DNA from: Candidatus Saganbacteria bacterium
GTDB taxonomy: Bacteria > Margulisbacteria > WOR-1 > XYC2-FULL-46-14 > WPAF01
Assembly (NCBI GenBank): GCA_009772965.1
Contig: WPAF01000002.1
Location: 54,199 to 118,198 of the forward strand
DNA length: 64,000 nt
Direction of reading: 5' to 3'
Numbering within the stretch: position 1 is the first letter of the stretch; each line of letters begins with the position of its first letter. The notes under the pieces were generated by a model. That model worked only from the letters and a program-made list of their open reading frames with translations. It was not told the origin of the DNA and searched no databases. The position numbers and the translations under genes were made by a program. Shown piece by piece: positions 49,600 to 61,400 of the stretch.

Positions 49600-50091
49600 T
49601 TATTTTACAATTTTTGCCCAAACGGCATCAATTGCGGCTTTATCTGCCGAAGAATTGACTTTATCTAATCCGTCTGTATCATTTCCTTTTTCTGCCCATC
49701 TAACAATAATGGCGTATTTTAATTCATATGGATCTATAGTTGCTCCCTTTTTAATGGGTTTGCTGCCACCATTAGTTAAAGTGCCGTTTATAGTTATTAA
49801 AGCTGGACGGGAACCTGAAAGCTTTTTATCTCCGAGCAAACGGGCAATGTTTGCTAGTAGGGTTGGGTAACCGCTGTAAGGATTTTGCATCCAGCTTCTC
49901 ATATTAAATTTTTGAGAAGGGGTGTCTGTTAAATTTATCCCTTTTGCCCGTGCCGCTTTCTCAATGTTATTATAAGCGCCACCCTTAGCTGCTTTAACTA
50001 TTTCACTTTCCTTGGTAATATCAACATTAGCTGCTGTTTTAGTTTGATACAGTATTGACTGTATAGATTGTATCCCGTTAATTTCACTCAT
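49600..50091 (-). CDS. Hypothetical 163-aa protein, last gene of the large minus-strand cluster
   Basis: Intact ORF. Gly/Ala/Lys-rich, no TM segment and no recognisable domain. Separated by 50 nt from the upstream GH116-like gene. Confidence 0.4.
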   Translation of the reverse strand: MSEINGIQSIQSILYQTKTAANVDITKESEIVKAAKGGAYNNIEKAARAKGINLTDTPSQKFNMRSWMQNPYSGYPTLLANIARLLGDKKLSGSRPALITINGTLTNGGSKPIKKGATIDPYELKYAIIVRWAEKGNDTDGLDKVNSSADKAAIDAVWAKIVK

Positions 50092-50141
50092 TTTTTTCCT
50101 CCTAATTGTTTATTGATTTAATCAACAAGTCGACCTTAGCG

Positions 50142-53028
50142 CTATTGCCCTTGCTGATTTCCTTTTAAAACCAAGTATACCTGCCAAATGGAAAGATAAC
50201 GATAATAAGTCCTAGCCCTGTATCCATACATAGGCCCGTTGCCAATACCGGGTTCAACGGTATAAGCTTCAGGCCATAATCCCCAATTGTTAGCTTGATT
50301 AACTGCTAAATTGTAAGTTCCATATACAGTTTGCCAACCCTCTCTTTTTAAACCATAGGCAAGGAGACATGCGCCTAGTGCATAACTGCTGCCGAGCCAA
50401 ACTTCCCTTTCTTGTTCGCCATTGATTAATTTACCGTTTCTGGTGCCATTTACTGCACCGATAAATCCCCTTGCAAATCCTCTAACGCCGAAATTTGCAA
50501 CATTGTTTTTAAAGATTGTTTGCAAATGGCTTATTAGCATATTTCTTGGGAGAATCTCTCCTAATCCAGATATTTTTCCATATAAAAACGGCAGGACATC
50601 CGAAAAAACATCAGTCGAATTTTGTGAAAGATTAAAGTATCCTTTTTGATTCCAAAGAGCTTTTGTAAAATTAGATTTACCTTTTTCGTACCAACTCGAC
50701 AGTTCTGCTTCAGTTTTTTTATCCCCCATAAGCTTTGCCATTTCAATGCCGGCTTTTAGGGCATAGAGCCACATTGCGCTGGTATAAGTCATAGCCCCTT
50801 TTACATTCCAGTTGTCATAGGTTTGATCTGGAATACCAAGGTGAATTGGAAGGCCTAATCCCTTTGTGTCGAATCTTTTCGCATACCTTAATGCGGCAAT
50901 AACTCCTCCGTAAACTGACTGGATAAAGGATGTATTTTTTTTGCCTGATAAAACAAAATTTCTCCAGGCTTCAAGCGGAACGCACATTGATAATTCAGAC
51001 CAGACATTGGGGTTTTGGTGGTCATAAGAATTGTAGTCCAAAGCCGGATCGCTGTCTGGGGCGCCTATGTCATGTGGTGTCGCGTCTTTAATTTTTTTGG
51101 CATCAATATATACCTGTGCTAATAATTTGGCCTCATCTGTGGGCTTGCCTGACCTTATGAAATATTGATAAATCGCTTCCTTTTTTTGCTCGGTTGTTTT
51201 TAGTTTGTCAAAATTGGGAATTTTTTGGGCAAACTCGTTATAAGCAATCAAAGTCAAATCTCTTTTTCCGATTGCTCTTGAGTAATGAGCCATTAAATTG
51301 TTATGGAGCTTTGGCCAGAGCAAAGCTCTTGCCGCGGCGTAAATGCCGACATCCCTGGTTTCAGTATGCCGATAATCCATGCGGTTGCTTTCTCCCATAA
51401 TATGGAGGTTCCCCGCATTTGGGATATTTCCCCAATAAACCGCGCCGCTTTGTAAAAGAGATAATGAATTTATCAGCTCGCCCTTGAACCAATTTGGAAG
51501 TTTGTTATCGGTTAATATGGTTTTTTGCCAATTGCGGATTTGGGTTTGCCAGTTATCATAATTATCCAGTGCGTATTTTGCGATTGCAACCGCATTTTGG
51601 CCGGAGTTCCCAAAATATTTTGTGTATTGCTTATCGTATACAATTCTTTCTTTTTTACTTGCATCTTTGAAGCCAAAAGCGGTTTTTGGAAAATCATAAA
51701 CAAAAGCAATCGGGATATTTCTAACTTCACCCGCTTTTAAGCTGAATTTTATCGCAATCGCGCCAGCCAGCGAATCATTTGCATTTGCTTTGGCTGTATT
51801 ATTTGTATTGGAAAGTTCGCCGTTTCTATAAAATCCTGATACTTCCCGTCCATTGCCATTTGCGTTAAAGCGAGAAACGTAGGTTATTTTAATGCCCGGA
51901 ACTTTTTTTATGGCAATTGCTATTTGCCCTTTACTGCTGATGGTTTGCGGGTTCCCCGTCAAAAATCAGGTAAAAATAATTTTGGTCTTCGACGATGCGG
52001 TTAAAATTTCCTAAATTGTTTGGCAAGAATTGTGTTTGGAGCATTTTCGATCTTGCACTGCCGGCAGGCTGGCCGGATTCTGGAAAAATTGAATTTATGC
52101 CGGGCAGAGTAACTTCTCTATATGCTTTTGGGTCCCAGGTATTTTCATTAGTATTTGCCCAGCCGACTAAATTTTGAAATGAAAGCATCACGGAAGATTC
52201 TACATTTTCTTTTGAGGTGTTATTCATTTGAACATTAAACATAAGCACTGGCAGAGATGATTCTTTGTGATTGCCTGGAATGATGGGGCTGCTGCTGCGG
52301 ATTGTTAAACGAACCGGGAACTCGCGGTAAACATGCCAGCTTAACGGGTAAAGAGAATGGAAGGTTGTCTTTTCAGCGTTTACGCCCCATTTCCAGCCGC
52401 TTAATTTTCCTTCCGGAGCCATTGTGTTTAATGTGCGCGAAACAACTCCTCTGCTGTTTTTAAAATATACATGGAATTGGCTGGCGGCATTTCCTTTGGG
52501 ATCAAAAATGTTTCTGCCGGGATTAATAAAATCAACAGTTGGAAATCCTCCTGCTGGCCAAAAAGTTATTCCCCCTGTACCCAGTCCGCCCAAGGGTAGG
52601 GCATATGGAATGGCGTTTCCCTTTCCATCAGTGGGAGTGCCTGTCATACGCATATATGCGATTCTATTATCACCATAGTTGCCATAAGGGATTAACCTAA
52701 CAGATGTGTCATGGGCGGCTTTTGGAATCCCTGCAGGGAGTGAAAGGCCTGGATATCCAAGTTTTTGTAAAATATATATAACAATTCGTTTTAGGTATTG
52801 TTCTTTTTCCTGGCCAGGAGTAAAAGACCTGCTTATTGCTTCTGCAATCAATTGGTTAAACTTGTTTTCATTAATTATTTTTCCGCCGGTTGCCTTTGGA
52901 GATAAATATCCTTTCTCAATTAAATGCTGTTTGTAAAATTTATTAAGAAGAAACGAAATTTGCTGGTTTATAGGAAGATTTTGGAAGTGCCTTAAAGGAA
53001 GATTGAAAACAATATTATTTATTCCCAT
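50142..53028 (-). pseudogene. GH116-family (GBA2/glucosylceramidase-like) beta-glycosidase split into two overlapping frames
   Basis: Upstream ORF (53028..51931) contains ..IPYALPLGGLGTGGITFW.., the signature of the GH116 N-terminal beta-sandwich. Downstream ORF (51962..50142, TTG start) looks like a GH116/DUF608-type catalytic (alpha/alpha)6 domain. The frames overlap by 32 nt around an A/T homopolymer-rich stretch. Confidence 0.55.
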
Positions 53029-53107
53029 TTATAACCTCCACGAATTTATAATAATACTTCGTAAGAGATTTTTGGAAATTTCAGGCTATTTTGGAATAAT
53101 AGTTAAT

Positions 53108-55291
53108 TTAAAAAGTTCCCTCAAACATTATACTATGGGATTGGCTGCTAGACCTGAATCTATCATCATAGTAATTGCCCTCATATTTGAGGGATAAATT
53201 TGGAAGTTTCCAAAATACTCCCCTAAGTCCCACCCCCCATTGCAAAGAGATAATATTTCCAAACCTGGAGTTGAAAAACGTGAATGCGGAAAACGGCTGG
53301 TTAAAAGCGGTAAATTGGTATTCTGCACCGAAGCCGAGTGAAATATAGTATCTCCAATAATTAATTTGTTCATAAGCGCCCCCGTCTTCAACCTTTTTTT
53401 CAGAATACCTCGGCCATAATCCATTGCCCGTAATCTCAAGAGGGTTATATTCAATCCCAAATCCAAGGTATGGGGAAATTTTTAATGTAGAATCATTGAT
53501 CCCAAAAGAATTTGCATATCTAAAAATAAATGGCTCAAAAGTCCAAGAAAAATTATCTTCTGGCCGGGATTCTGATGCATTTTTTAGGCTGTTTAATCTG
53601 TCTTCAGTTTTTACCTTTTTATTTGGGAATTCAGCAATATTCTGCTTGCTGGCTGTTACAAGAGGGCTTTCGCTGCCAACGGGTTTAAAAGCAAAACCCA
53701 TTGATCCCCCCGCTAAAATAAGGCCTTTTTCGCCGATAGGAAATTTATATTCACCAGCTGTTTTAACGCCAAGCACCAGGGAAGAAAATAATGAATTCTG
53801 CGGAGTTTGGGCTTGATATTTATTGCTTTCTTCGTCCCATGAATACCTATGTAATTTAATGCCAGCAAAAGTAAGCTGGGCAAACGGAGTAAACCTGAGA
53901 TTATAATGGTCCCTTTCTAATCCATATTCTGCACCAATTGATAAAGAATGGGTTTCACTAATATTAAGGCGGGGAATTTTAGCGCTGAGTGAGTCAGTTT
54001 GGAAATCAAAAGTCCTAGCGGGACTCATAGAATAATCAATATTAAGCTGTAAATTTTGGGAAAGCCTTGCCTTGCTGCTAATAGAAAAGGAAACCCCTTC
54101 TGTTAATGAAGAAGTTGCCTTCCCTGTTTGATATGAGTCTTTTACATAAGCTGTGCTAAAATTTATTTCAGCTAAAGTTCCAAAATCCTTATGTATAATT
54201 GCATACTGGGCGGCAATAAGCCTTTCTTCGATTTTACTGCGTTCCGCATCATAGGCGCTAATTGGAACTTTACTCAGTATACGCAGGGCTTTTTTGATTT
54301 CTCGTTTAGCTTCTTTGTATCTTCTAAGCTGGGCAAGGGCAGTGGCTCGCCCCGCATGCAGCTGTGCAAGTATTTTTCTGCTGTCATGGTCAAGATCATT
54401 ATGCCTAAAGAGGTTTATTCCGGCTGAGAAGTATCTTATAGCTTCCCGATAGTTTGATTTTCTAAGCCGTAAAATATCTCCCATTCCAAGAAAATATTGC
54501 ACAAAGTAACGGCGGAATGGCATTTTATCCCGCAGCATATCTGCGGTTCTTTTTGCCTGTTCATAATAATTGGTAGATTGCGGAATATTTCTCCTCCTGT
54601 AATTAAAAAGATCAGCGAGTGATAATAGGGCAGGAGTTATTATTTTTCTAAGCTTTAACCTGATATTTTTATTTGTTGGGTCTTCTAAGAAATCCTTGAA
54701 TACGGGATATTCGACGATTTTCCTATACTCAGCCAGGGCTGACCTGACTTTTCCGTTTTCAAGATAAAGCTTTCCAAAACCGTTTCTCAGCCGTAAATAT
54801 ATCTCAAGGAAAGTTTTATAAGCAGGGGTTATTAATTTATCCCCTTGGCTCTCAATATTTGCAATTGCCTTAATTAACTTTTGCTTTGCATCGCTTGACT
54901 TATCTTCACTTGGTTCTGGCTTGGTTCTTTTAAGTGCTTCTGAAATAACCATTAAAGCTTTATTGTAAATTGGTTCTGCTTCATCATATCTTGCCATTTT
55001 AAAACAATACACGTCGCCGATTGCAGAATGGATATTTGCCAAAAACTCAGATTCTTTGATTCCAAATCTTCTTATTTTTAAGGTTTTTAATGTTTTGTGG
55101 TATTCGTGAATGGCTTTATCGTATATTTTTGCCGCGATCAGGTTTCCAATAAAGCCAAAGCGAAACGCCCAGCGATTGGCGTTGATGGCAAAAAGAACTT
55201 CTTTGTTAAGCAGTTTTGGCTCGCCGTTTGCCCCTCGGCTTTTGGCAATGCTTCCCACCCAGGAGCGAGTAATATAAGAGCAGGGAGGCAA
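53108..55291 (-). CDS. TPR-repeat protein with C-terminal outer-membrane beta-barrel (BcsC/PgaA/PelB-like architecture)
   Basis: The N-terminal 380 aa form helical TPR-like repeats. The C-terminal 340 aa show an amphipathic beta-strand pattern with aromatic girdle residues and a terminal ...SIMFEGTF, typical of OMP barrels. The annotated start overlaps the upstream gene by 86 nt, so the true start may be internal. Confidence 0.55.
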   Translation of the reverse strand: MPPCSYITRSWVGSIAKSRGANGEPKLLNKEVLFAINANRWAFRFGFIGNLIAAKIYDKAIHEYHKTLKTLKIRRFGIKESEFLANIHSAIGDVYCFKMARYDEAEPIYNKALMVISEALKRTKPEPSEDKSSDAKQKLIKAIANIESQGDKLITPAYKTFLEIYLRLRNGFGKLYLENGKVRSALAEYRKIVEYPVFKDFLEDPTNKNIRLKLRKIITPALLSLADLFNYRRRNIPQSTNYYEQAKRTADMLRDKMPFRRYFVQYFLGMGDILRLRKSNYREAIRYFSAGINLFRHNDLDHDSRKILAQLHAGRATALAQLRRYKEAKREIKKALRILSKVPISAYDAERSKIEERLIAAQYAIIHKDFGTLAEINFSTAYVKDSYQTGKATSSLTEGVSFSISSKARLSQNLQLNIDYSMSPARTFDFQTDSLSAKIPRLNISETHSLSIGAEYGLERDHYNLRFTPFAQLTFAGIKLHRYSWDEESNKYQAQTPQNSLFSSLVLGVKTAGEYKFPIGEKGLILAGGSMGFAFKPVGSESPLVTASKQNIAEFPNKKVKTEDRLNSLKNASESRPEDNFSWTFEPFIFRYANSFGINDSTLKISPYLGFGIEYNPLEITGNGLWPRYSEKKVEDGGAYEQINYWRYYISLGFGAEYQFTAFNQPFSAFTFFNSRFGNIISLQWGVGLRGVFWKLPNLSLKYEGNYYDDRFRSSSQSHSIMFEGTF

Positions 55292-58200
55292 TAATTTCCG
55301 GCTGTTTTACGTCATCCGGAATATTTTCGATTTCGCTATTGATATTCCCCAAGCTGTTTAATGCCCAGGTGAGCGAACCAAATGCTCGAGTATTTATAGC
55401 TGCTAAGTTTAAAGTGTCAGGATTTCCCAACTTGATCAAATTTGTCATTATGGTATTTATTTGTTGCAAGATGGATTTGTATTGTGCCTGAGCTTTTGTT
55501 AATTCTCCATCTTCCTCAAATAATTGGCCAAGCATTACACTTGCCTCAATTCCTGCGATCTTAGCTTGGTGTTTTCCTATATCAATTAAATGTTTTATTT
55601 TGGTATTTGTATCTTTTGAGAAATCTAGAGAATTGAATAGTTCTATAACCTTAGAAAGTATAGCTTTTGTTTTTACACCGGCAGCTTTAATGACTTCGTA
55701 CGAATTGAGCTTGATCATATTTATGCTTGTTTCCGCGAGCAGAAGCAAATTATTGCTTGTTAATTGTGTGCTTTTGCTTCTTAGGGATTCTAGTAATTCA
55801 ACAGGATAGGCGGGTAATTTTGACTGATCAATTCCAGCAAAAATTATTCTATCTTGCCCTAAAACTGCCCTTAATATGTCTGAAGCAATTAGAAAGTTTT
55901 CCTTTCCTTTGCCTTCCTCAACCAATATATCTTGAATTCCGCCGCGCACTGCATAAATCATAGAGAGGATCTGAGCCCCGCGGAATGCCAGCCGGAATGA
56001 ACCTTTCTCCAATGCGCATTTTGTGTTGTTTATAATGCCATCCAATAAATCATTATTTTTCAGGAATGATTGAACTTTTCCTAATTCATTATTTCTTAAG
56101 AGAAGTTTTATTTTATATGCTGAGGTTTCAGCCAAGCCAAACATAGAAATTATCCCGCCGCGATCATTTTTTTCAGTTTTAAATTGGGTTTCTGCGGTTT
56201 TAAATGCGGTTTCAACCTGTTCTAGGTTTTCCAACTCGCGCTCAAACCTTATTTTCATGAGTTCTGCAATGCTGTATAAAAGGTTGCCTTTGGAGATGCA
56301 TAATTCGCTCAAGGCGTATTTTTGGCCGGCGTCAGGGCTATTTGCAAGCGCTCTAAATATATCAATTGCCTTGTCAAAACATCCATTTGCTTTTGTACGG
56401 TCAAGATTTTGAATATGCTGCCAGCCCGTGGTTCCATATATTTGTGCCTTAAGCATCAATAATTGCAGTTTTTGGGTTTTATTCAGCCTATTTGAAATCC
56501 CATTTGCCGCATTTTGAATATTGTTTAATTCATCAATAATAGTTTTTCCGGTTGAGGTAAAGGTGATTTTTGCAAGCGCGATTTTTGCCTCAAGGATTGA
56601 TATTTGAGCGTTATTATAATTTGTTTCATCAGAGCCGATCGTTTCAAAATCGGCAATTGCCTCACTATATCTCTCTAGATTTGCCAGCAACTCTGCCCGC
56701 CTTTGGGCAAGCGCTGAAGGAGTTAAATTTGTCTCAATTTGCATGATGAGTTTGCGATCTTCTCTTACGGGGCATTGAGATATCTTTTTATATAATTCCA
56801 ATGCGGCATTGAAATCGGCTTTTCCTTCGCCGGATTCTTCTTTTGCAATTGTTCCCCTAAACGAATGCGCCCAAGCAAGGGTTGAGAGAGATTGGTAATA
56901 GGCAAATAAGTTATGCTCTGTGCTGGTTGGCGAGCCGTTAATTCCGCAGATTGAAGTAGGAGAGCATGCATTTGGCTGTATATTCATTGTAGTATTGAAC
57001 CAGTCAACTGCCTTTTTTGCTAAAGCATATGCTTCATTTATTTTAATGAGTGTTTCTTCGGCATTTTTGGTAATTGGGTAAGATCTGCTTATCATTTGTA
57101 AAATAACATTAGCTTTTTTAGCTTGAATTCTTGCCAAAAATGACGGGCGCAATTGATATGTGCCATTTAATTTTGCTTTTGTAGAAATAATGTTGTCACA
57201 TTCATTGTTTGCTTCGGTAAAGCGCCTTGCCGTAGTTAGGGCATCAACTAAGCTCAATGAAAGCTCCATCTCGTTGGTCGCGTTTCTTTGGAGGATGTCT
57301 ATTCCTGAGATTCTAATTGGTTTTCCTTTACTTAGATTTTTATAATTATTCGAGATTTGCGACATGGCGCCGCTGAATTTATTCAGTATTGCCCAAAGAT
57401 CCGAAATAGAACCTTTAAGAGCGGTATCACTATTTAATTTGACTTCACCATGCAAAAGCCATGTGTATATTGCGGCCGCTTTTAAAGCTTCATTAGCGCC
57501 TGAGCCGGGCTCTGCTTTTTCTAGCAGGGATGCGCGCATATTGTACGCCCAGGCAAGGGTTGAGAAGAATGAATAAACTATGTCTGGCGCCATGTTGGGC
57601 GGCATATTTGACAACTGTTTTATGCATATGTCAATGGCACCCTTAATTGCGGTTTTGGCTAGGTCAGGATTTTTTAAGCTAAGTCGTTTCGCGATTTCAA
57701 TGAGTAAAAACGCGTGGATGCTGTAAGACCTGGTTTTATACATATACTTTGAAATAGTTACATCGTTATGGTCTTCAAGCCCGGTCCTTATGTTATTAAT
57801 AGTATTTGCTAAAGTGGATAGTTTTTGTTTAAGTGTGTTTTGATCAATTTTACCCGCGGCCATTTCATCGGTTATTATTTTGTCGGGGCGGAGCATTAAG
57901 AGCTTAATGTTTTCAATTTCCATCTTAAATTGCTGATAGAGTTCTTGATTTATTTCCGCGAGTAATTTCCCCCTTATAAGGCCATTAACATATTCTGGAG
58001 AAAATCTAATTTGTTGTCTTTTAATCCAATATGAAACACCAAAATGGTTAGACAAGTCGCCATTGATCAGCCCATTATATTTATTTAATGCGAGAGAAAA
58101 ATATTTTTCTGCTTCGTCATAGTTCCGTTGTTCGCGATAATGCCGGCCTTTGGTGGAATCAATAATAGTGCTATTGCTGGCATAGGCTATAATTTGAGAC

Positions 58201-58439
58201 AAGAACCAAGGAGAATTTGACATCGATCTTCTTACAATTGAATTTTTGGCGGTGTTTTCAAAAAGCGTGTTAGCAATTGATAGCTTGCAGTAATCCCCGT
58301 CTCTTGGAAGACTGGCGGATGCGTCAAGCAAAGCCTCGAGATTCTTCTTAAGGTCCAGGTCTGTGCGCTGTGCGTCAATGACGTTCGTACCGGGTTGGGC
58401 CAGTATATTACTATCTATTTTTGAAGTTCCCGGGGGCAT
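55206..58439 (-). CDS. Large (1077 aa) alpha-helical TPR-like repeat protein
   Basis: An uninterrupted ORF with pervasive helical-repeat composition (A/L/K/E-rich; W/Y-L-G/A-Y TPR-like periodicity). No catalytic motifs recognised. Confidence 0.55.
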   Translation of the reverse strand: MPPGTSKIDSNILAQPGTNVIDAQRTDLDLKKNLEALLDASASLPRDGDYCKLSIANTLFENTAKNSIVRRSMSNSPWFLSQIIAYASNSTIIDSTKGRHYREQRNYDEAEKYFSLALNKYNGLINGDLSNHFGVSYWIKRQQIRFSPEYVNGLIRGKLLAEINQELYQQFKMEIENIKLLMLRPDKIITDEMAAGKIDQNTLKQKLSTLANTINNIRTGLEDHNDVTISKYMYKTRSYSIHAFLLIEIAKRLSLKNPDLAKTAIKGAIDICIKQLSNMPPNMAPDIVYSFFSTLAWAYNMRASLLEKAEPGSGANEALKAAAIYTWLLHGEVKLNSDTALKGSISDLWAILNKFSGAMSQISNNYKNLSKGKPIRISGIDILQRNATNEMELSLSLVDALTTARRFTEANNECDNIISTKAKLNGTYQLRPSFLARIQAKKANVILQMISRSYPITKNAEETLIKINEAYALAKKAVDWFNTTMNIQPNACSPTSICGINGSPTSTEHNLFAYYQSLSTLAWAHSFRGTIAKEESGEGKADFNAALELYKKISQCPVREDRKLIMQIETNLTPSALAQRRAELLANLERYSEAIADFETIGSDETNYNNAQISILEAKIALAKITFTSTGKTIIDELNNIQNAANGISNRLNKTQKLQLLMLKAQIYGTTGWQHIQNLDRTKANGCFDKAIDIFRALANSPDAGQKYALSELCISKGNLLYSIAELMKIRFERELENLEQVETAFKTAETQFKTEKNDRGGIISMFGLAETSAYKIKLLLRNNELGKVQSFLKNNDLLDGIINNTKCALEKGSFRLAFRGAQILSMIYAVRGGIQDILVEEGKGKENFLIASDILRAVLGQDRIIFAGIDQSKLPAYPVELLESLRSKSTQLTSNNLLLLAETSINMIKLNSYEVIKAAGVKTKAILSKVIELFNSLDFSKDTNTKIKHLIDIGKHQAKIAGIEASVMLGQLFEEDGELTKAQAQYKSILQQINTIMTNLIKLGNPDTLNLAAINTRAFGSLTWALNSLGNINSEIENIPDDVKQPEIIASLLLYYSLLGGKHCQKPRGKRRAKTA

Positions 58440-58478
58440 TTTAACCCTCCCTTCTTTTCCTCTGCTGCTTATATATCG

Positions 58479-61400
58479 TTAAAAATGCCTTAGAATTTCA
58501 TTGATTATCTGGGTATCATAGAGGGAGATGGCCTTTTTCTTCCCAAGAAAGTTCTGTATACTCAAAATAGCGTTTTTTTGGTGTTGATCAAGCTTGCTTG
58601 TTTTTTTGTCTAAAGAAAACAAGCCGAATAGGCTGACCAGATCCCTTAGCTTGTTGTCTGGAATAAAACCTCCAGCCGCGGTCCTAACTGTTTTGACAAG
58701 GTAAGAGAATGCTTTGCGGTCATTTTGCAGGGAGCTATAAAGCATGACCGAACCGGCTAAAGCTTCAAGATTGTGGCGGTCATATTTTAATGCTTCGCGG
58801 TAATATTTTAAGGCCTTTATTATTGTTCTGTAGGTTTCTGTCTGTTGTCCTTTTTCACCTTTTAAAATGATCTTTTCCCCTGGTTCAATCATAAGCGTCC
58901 ACCAGGTAAAATTTCCTAAGAAAGCCAGGAATTTCGCATTGTTTGTGTTGTCCTTATTAAAAAGTTCCTCTATTTGGGGCGCGTATTGGCCTATTTTTTT
59001 TGCCAGTCCTAAAAAGGAATTTATAACATCGTTTGAATCTGAGTATATAAAGGAGTCTTTGTTAATCTCCTTCCCAATTACTCCTATTTTAAATGCGTGT
59101 ATAGAAATATAATTGTCACTAATAGTTTTTATTTTTTGCCCAATTCTTCTTATGTCATTATCAATGTTTGTTGTCGGCTGGTTATTGCCTTTGGCTAATA
59201 TCAAATTGTTGTTGGCTAGCATCAATTGGCTCCTGGCTGTGGAGAGTCTGTTGGTGTCCAGGACCAGGTGCATTATCTCGGTCATTAATTGGGAGATGAT
59301 TTCGATATCTTTTTTGTATTTGCTTTTTATTTTTGGATTATCTGATAGCCTATAATATTCATGAAGCGAAGCGTGGGCGGCAAGACAAACGTCTGATAGC
59401 TCGTTTATTACCCGGATTATGTGCATCGCGGGAAGGGTGGGGTTGGTAAATTTGATTGAAGGGATGCTGTTTAATAACAGGATGGCGTCCTTGAATTCTG
59501 TAAGTTTGTGAGCTTGCGCCCCCGCGCTAACCAAAACAGAACTTAACTTGAGGAGCCATTTTGTTTGAGCGACGTTCCTGGGGTCTGATGATTTGAAATG
59601 GTTAACCAATAAGCCGGCGGCTTGCGAAAAAAGCGTTTTGTCCGGCAGATCAAATCTGGCGCTGGGTTGGGAAGTAAAATTGTGTTCTAAGCTCGCGGTA
59701 ACACCCGTTATAATATTATTGAACCTGTTAAAAGTTGACAAAATAGAACTTGATATTTCTTTTAAGGTTTTTATGGCTGCTTCGTAATCCTTGCTGAAGC
59801 CAGTTACTACTATTTCTTTTTTCTTGTTTGCGGCTTCTTCTGTATAATCCCCTGTAAATTCATTATTATTCGCAAGATTGTTAATGCTTTGAATGTGTTC
59901 ATCTTTTTGTTTTTTTAATACATCAAGCTTAAACAGGAGGGTTCCCATCCAGCTATCGATTATCTCGGAAATGGATTGGTAGTTTTTGGTGGTGTTCACC
60001 TCTTCCACCAGCGCTTGTTTAAAAGCATATTCAGCAATAGAGCAGGCAGCAATAATCTTCTGGTATTCATTAACCAAATTTGCTTGTCTTTGCTCATATG
60101 ATTCTCCGCTGTTATGTATATCTTTTTGATTTAACCAGTAAAGATGAAACGGGTCGGAAAATTTCCTTCTCTGAAAATCATCATTTAAGTCAAAAATTCT
60201 TCTTTGCAGAATACGGGCAATTTTATATAAAATATGTGCTTTTGCTTGAGTAGGGAATTGGGATTTATAAATCTCAAAGACTTTTAGCAAATCTTTGATG
60301 GGAGGGTTGGAGGGAAGGTTTTTGATTAATCCTTTCTCTCTTAACTTTTCAATTACCGGATGGTTTTGCTCAAGGATAACTGCCGCGAGATTAAAAGCGT
60401 CTGAATAGTTGTATTGCTTTCGCGGGAATTCAATGGTTTTATTGTTTGGGAGCATAGTGAAATGATTTACAGAATAACCGCTGGCGGCAGTGTCAATAAT
60501 TTCACTTATGACCTGGACGATAAAAGCCTGCTGAGGAATAGGTGTGTTCCCATGTTCTCCGGAAAATCCAATGTTATATACATGCTCCATCAATTTATTG
60601 GGCCAGGAAGATAAGCTGTTCTTGCTGTTTTCTAATTCAACAAGCAGGAGGTTTTCCTGGCTTTGGGCCAGAGTAAAACGCCGGCTCCGGTTCAATTCTT
60701 GTATGTAAGCAAGGCGCAGGATCATTTTTATGCGCGTGCATTTGTGATCCAATTCAAGAAACCATTTGAACCGGTCTTCAATTTCAGTTGATAAGACATT
60801 TAGGGTTTCTAAAATATTTTTTAGGCGGTTTATGGCAAGGGTAAAGATAAATTGATCCGCGGGTCCTTTAAGGCTCTGGGTAAAAAGAATGAGGTTCCGG
60901 TAAGCCTCAGATGCTTCATCATAACGCCCAACACCCAGGCAAGATTCCGCAAAGTTAAACTGGGCAAGAATGGTTTTGTCATTAATTGCAGCCTTTTTAT
61001 AATAGTGGTATCTTCTTTCCGCCTCTATCGCCATAACTGGTTTTTCTTCTATATCGCTCTTAAAAACATGCCGAGCGATTAAAATTCCGGGGAACAATAT
61101 GTCATCTCTTGCCATTTTGGCAAAATAGTCAACGTCTTCCATGCCCAATAAAATATGATTAAACGGTTCATCTGAAAGGGGTTGGGGAGTACGATTAATT
61201 ATTTTACCACGCGCAACTATTGACGGGCTTATCTTCTTATTAAAAGCGAGCTCAAGCATTGAAGCGGCGCGCAAAAAAAGCATAGTATTGTAATATTGCG
61301 GCCCTTTTTTGCCTTTTGAATCAATATAATCGTAAACGCTCTTAGTTGATATATATTTGTTAAGTTCATTAATGAATTGAGTATAAGCTTCGGCTTTTTC

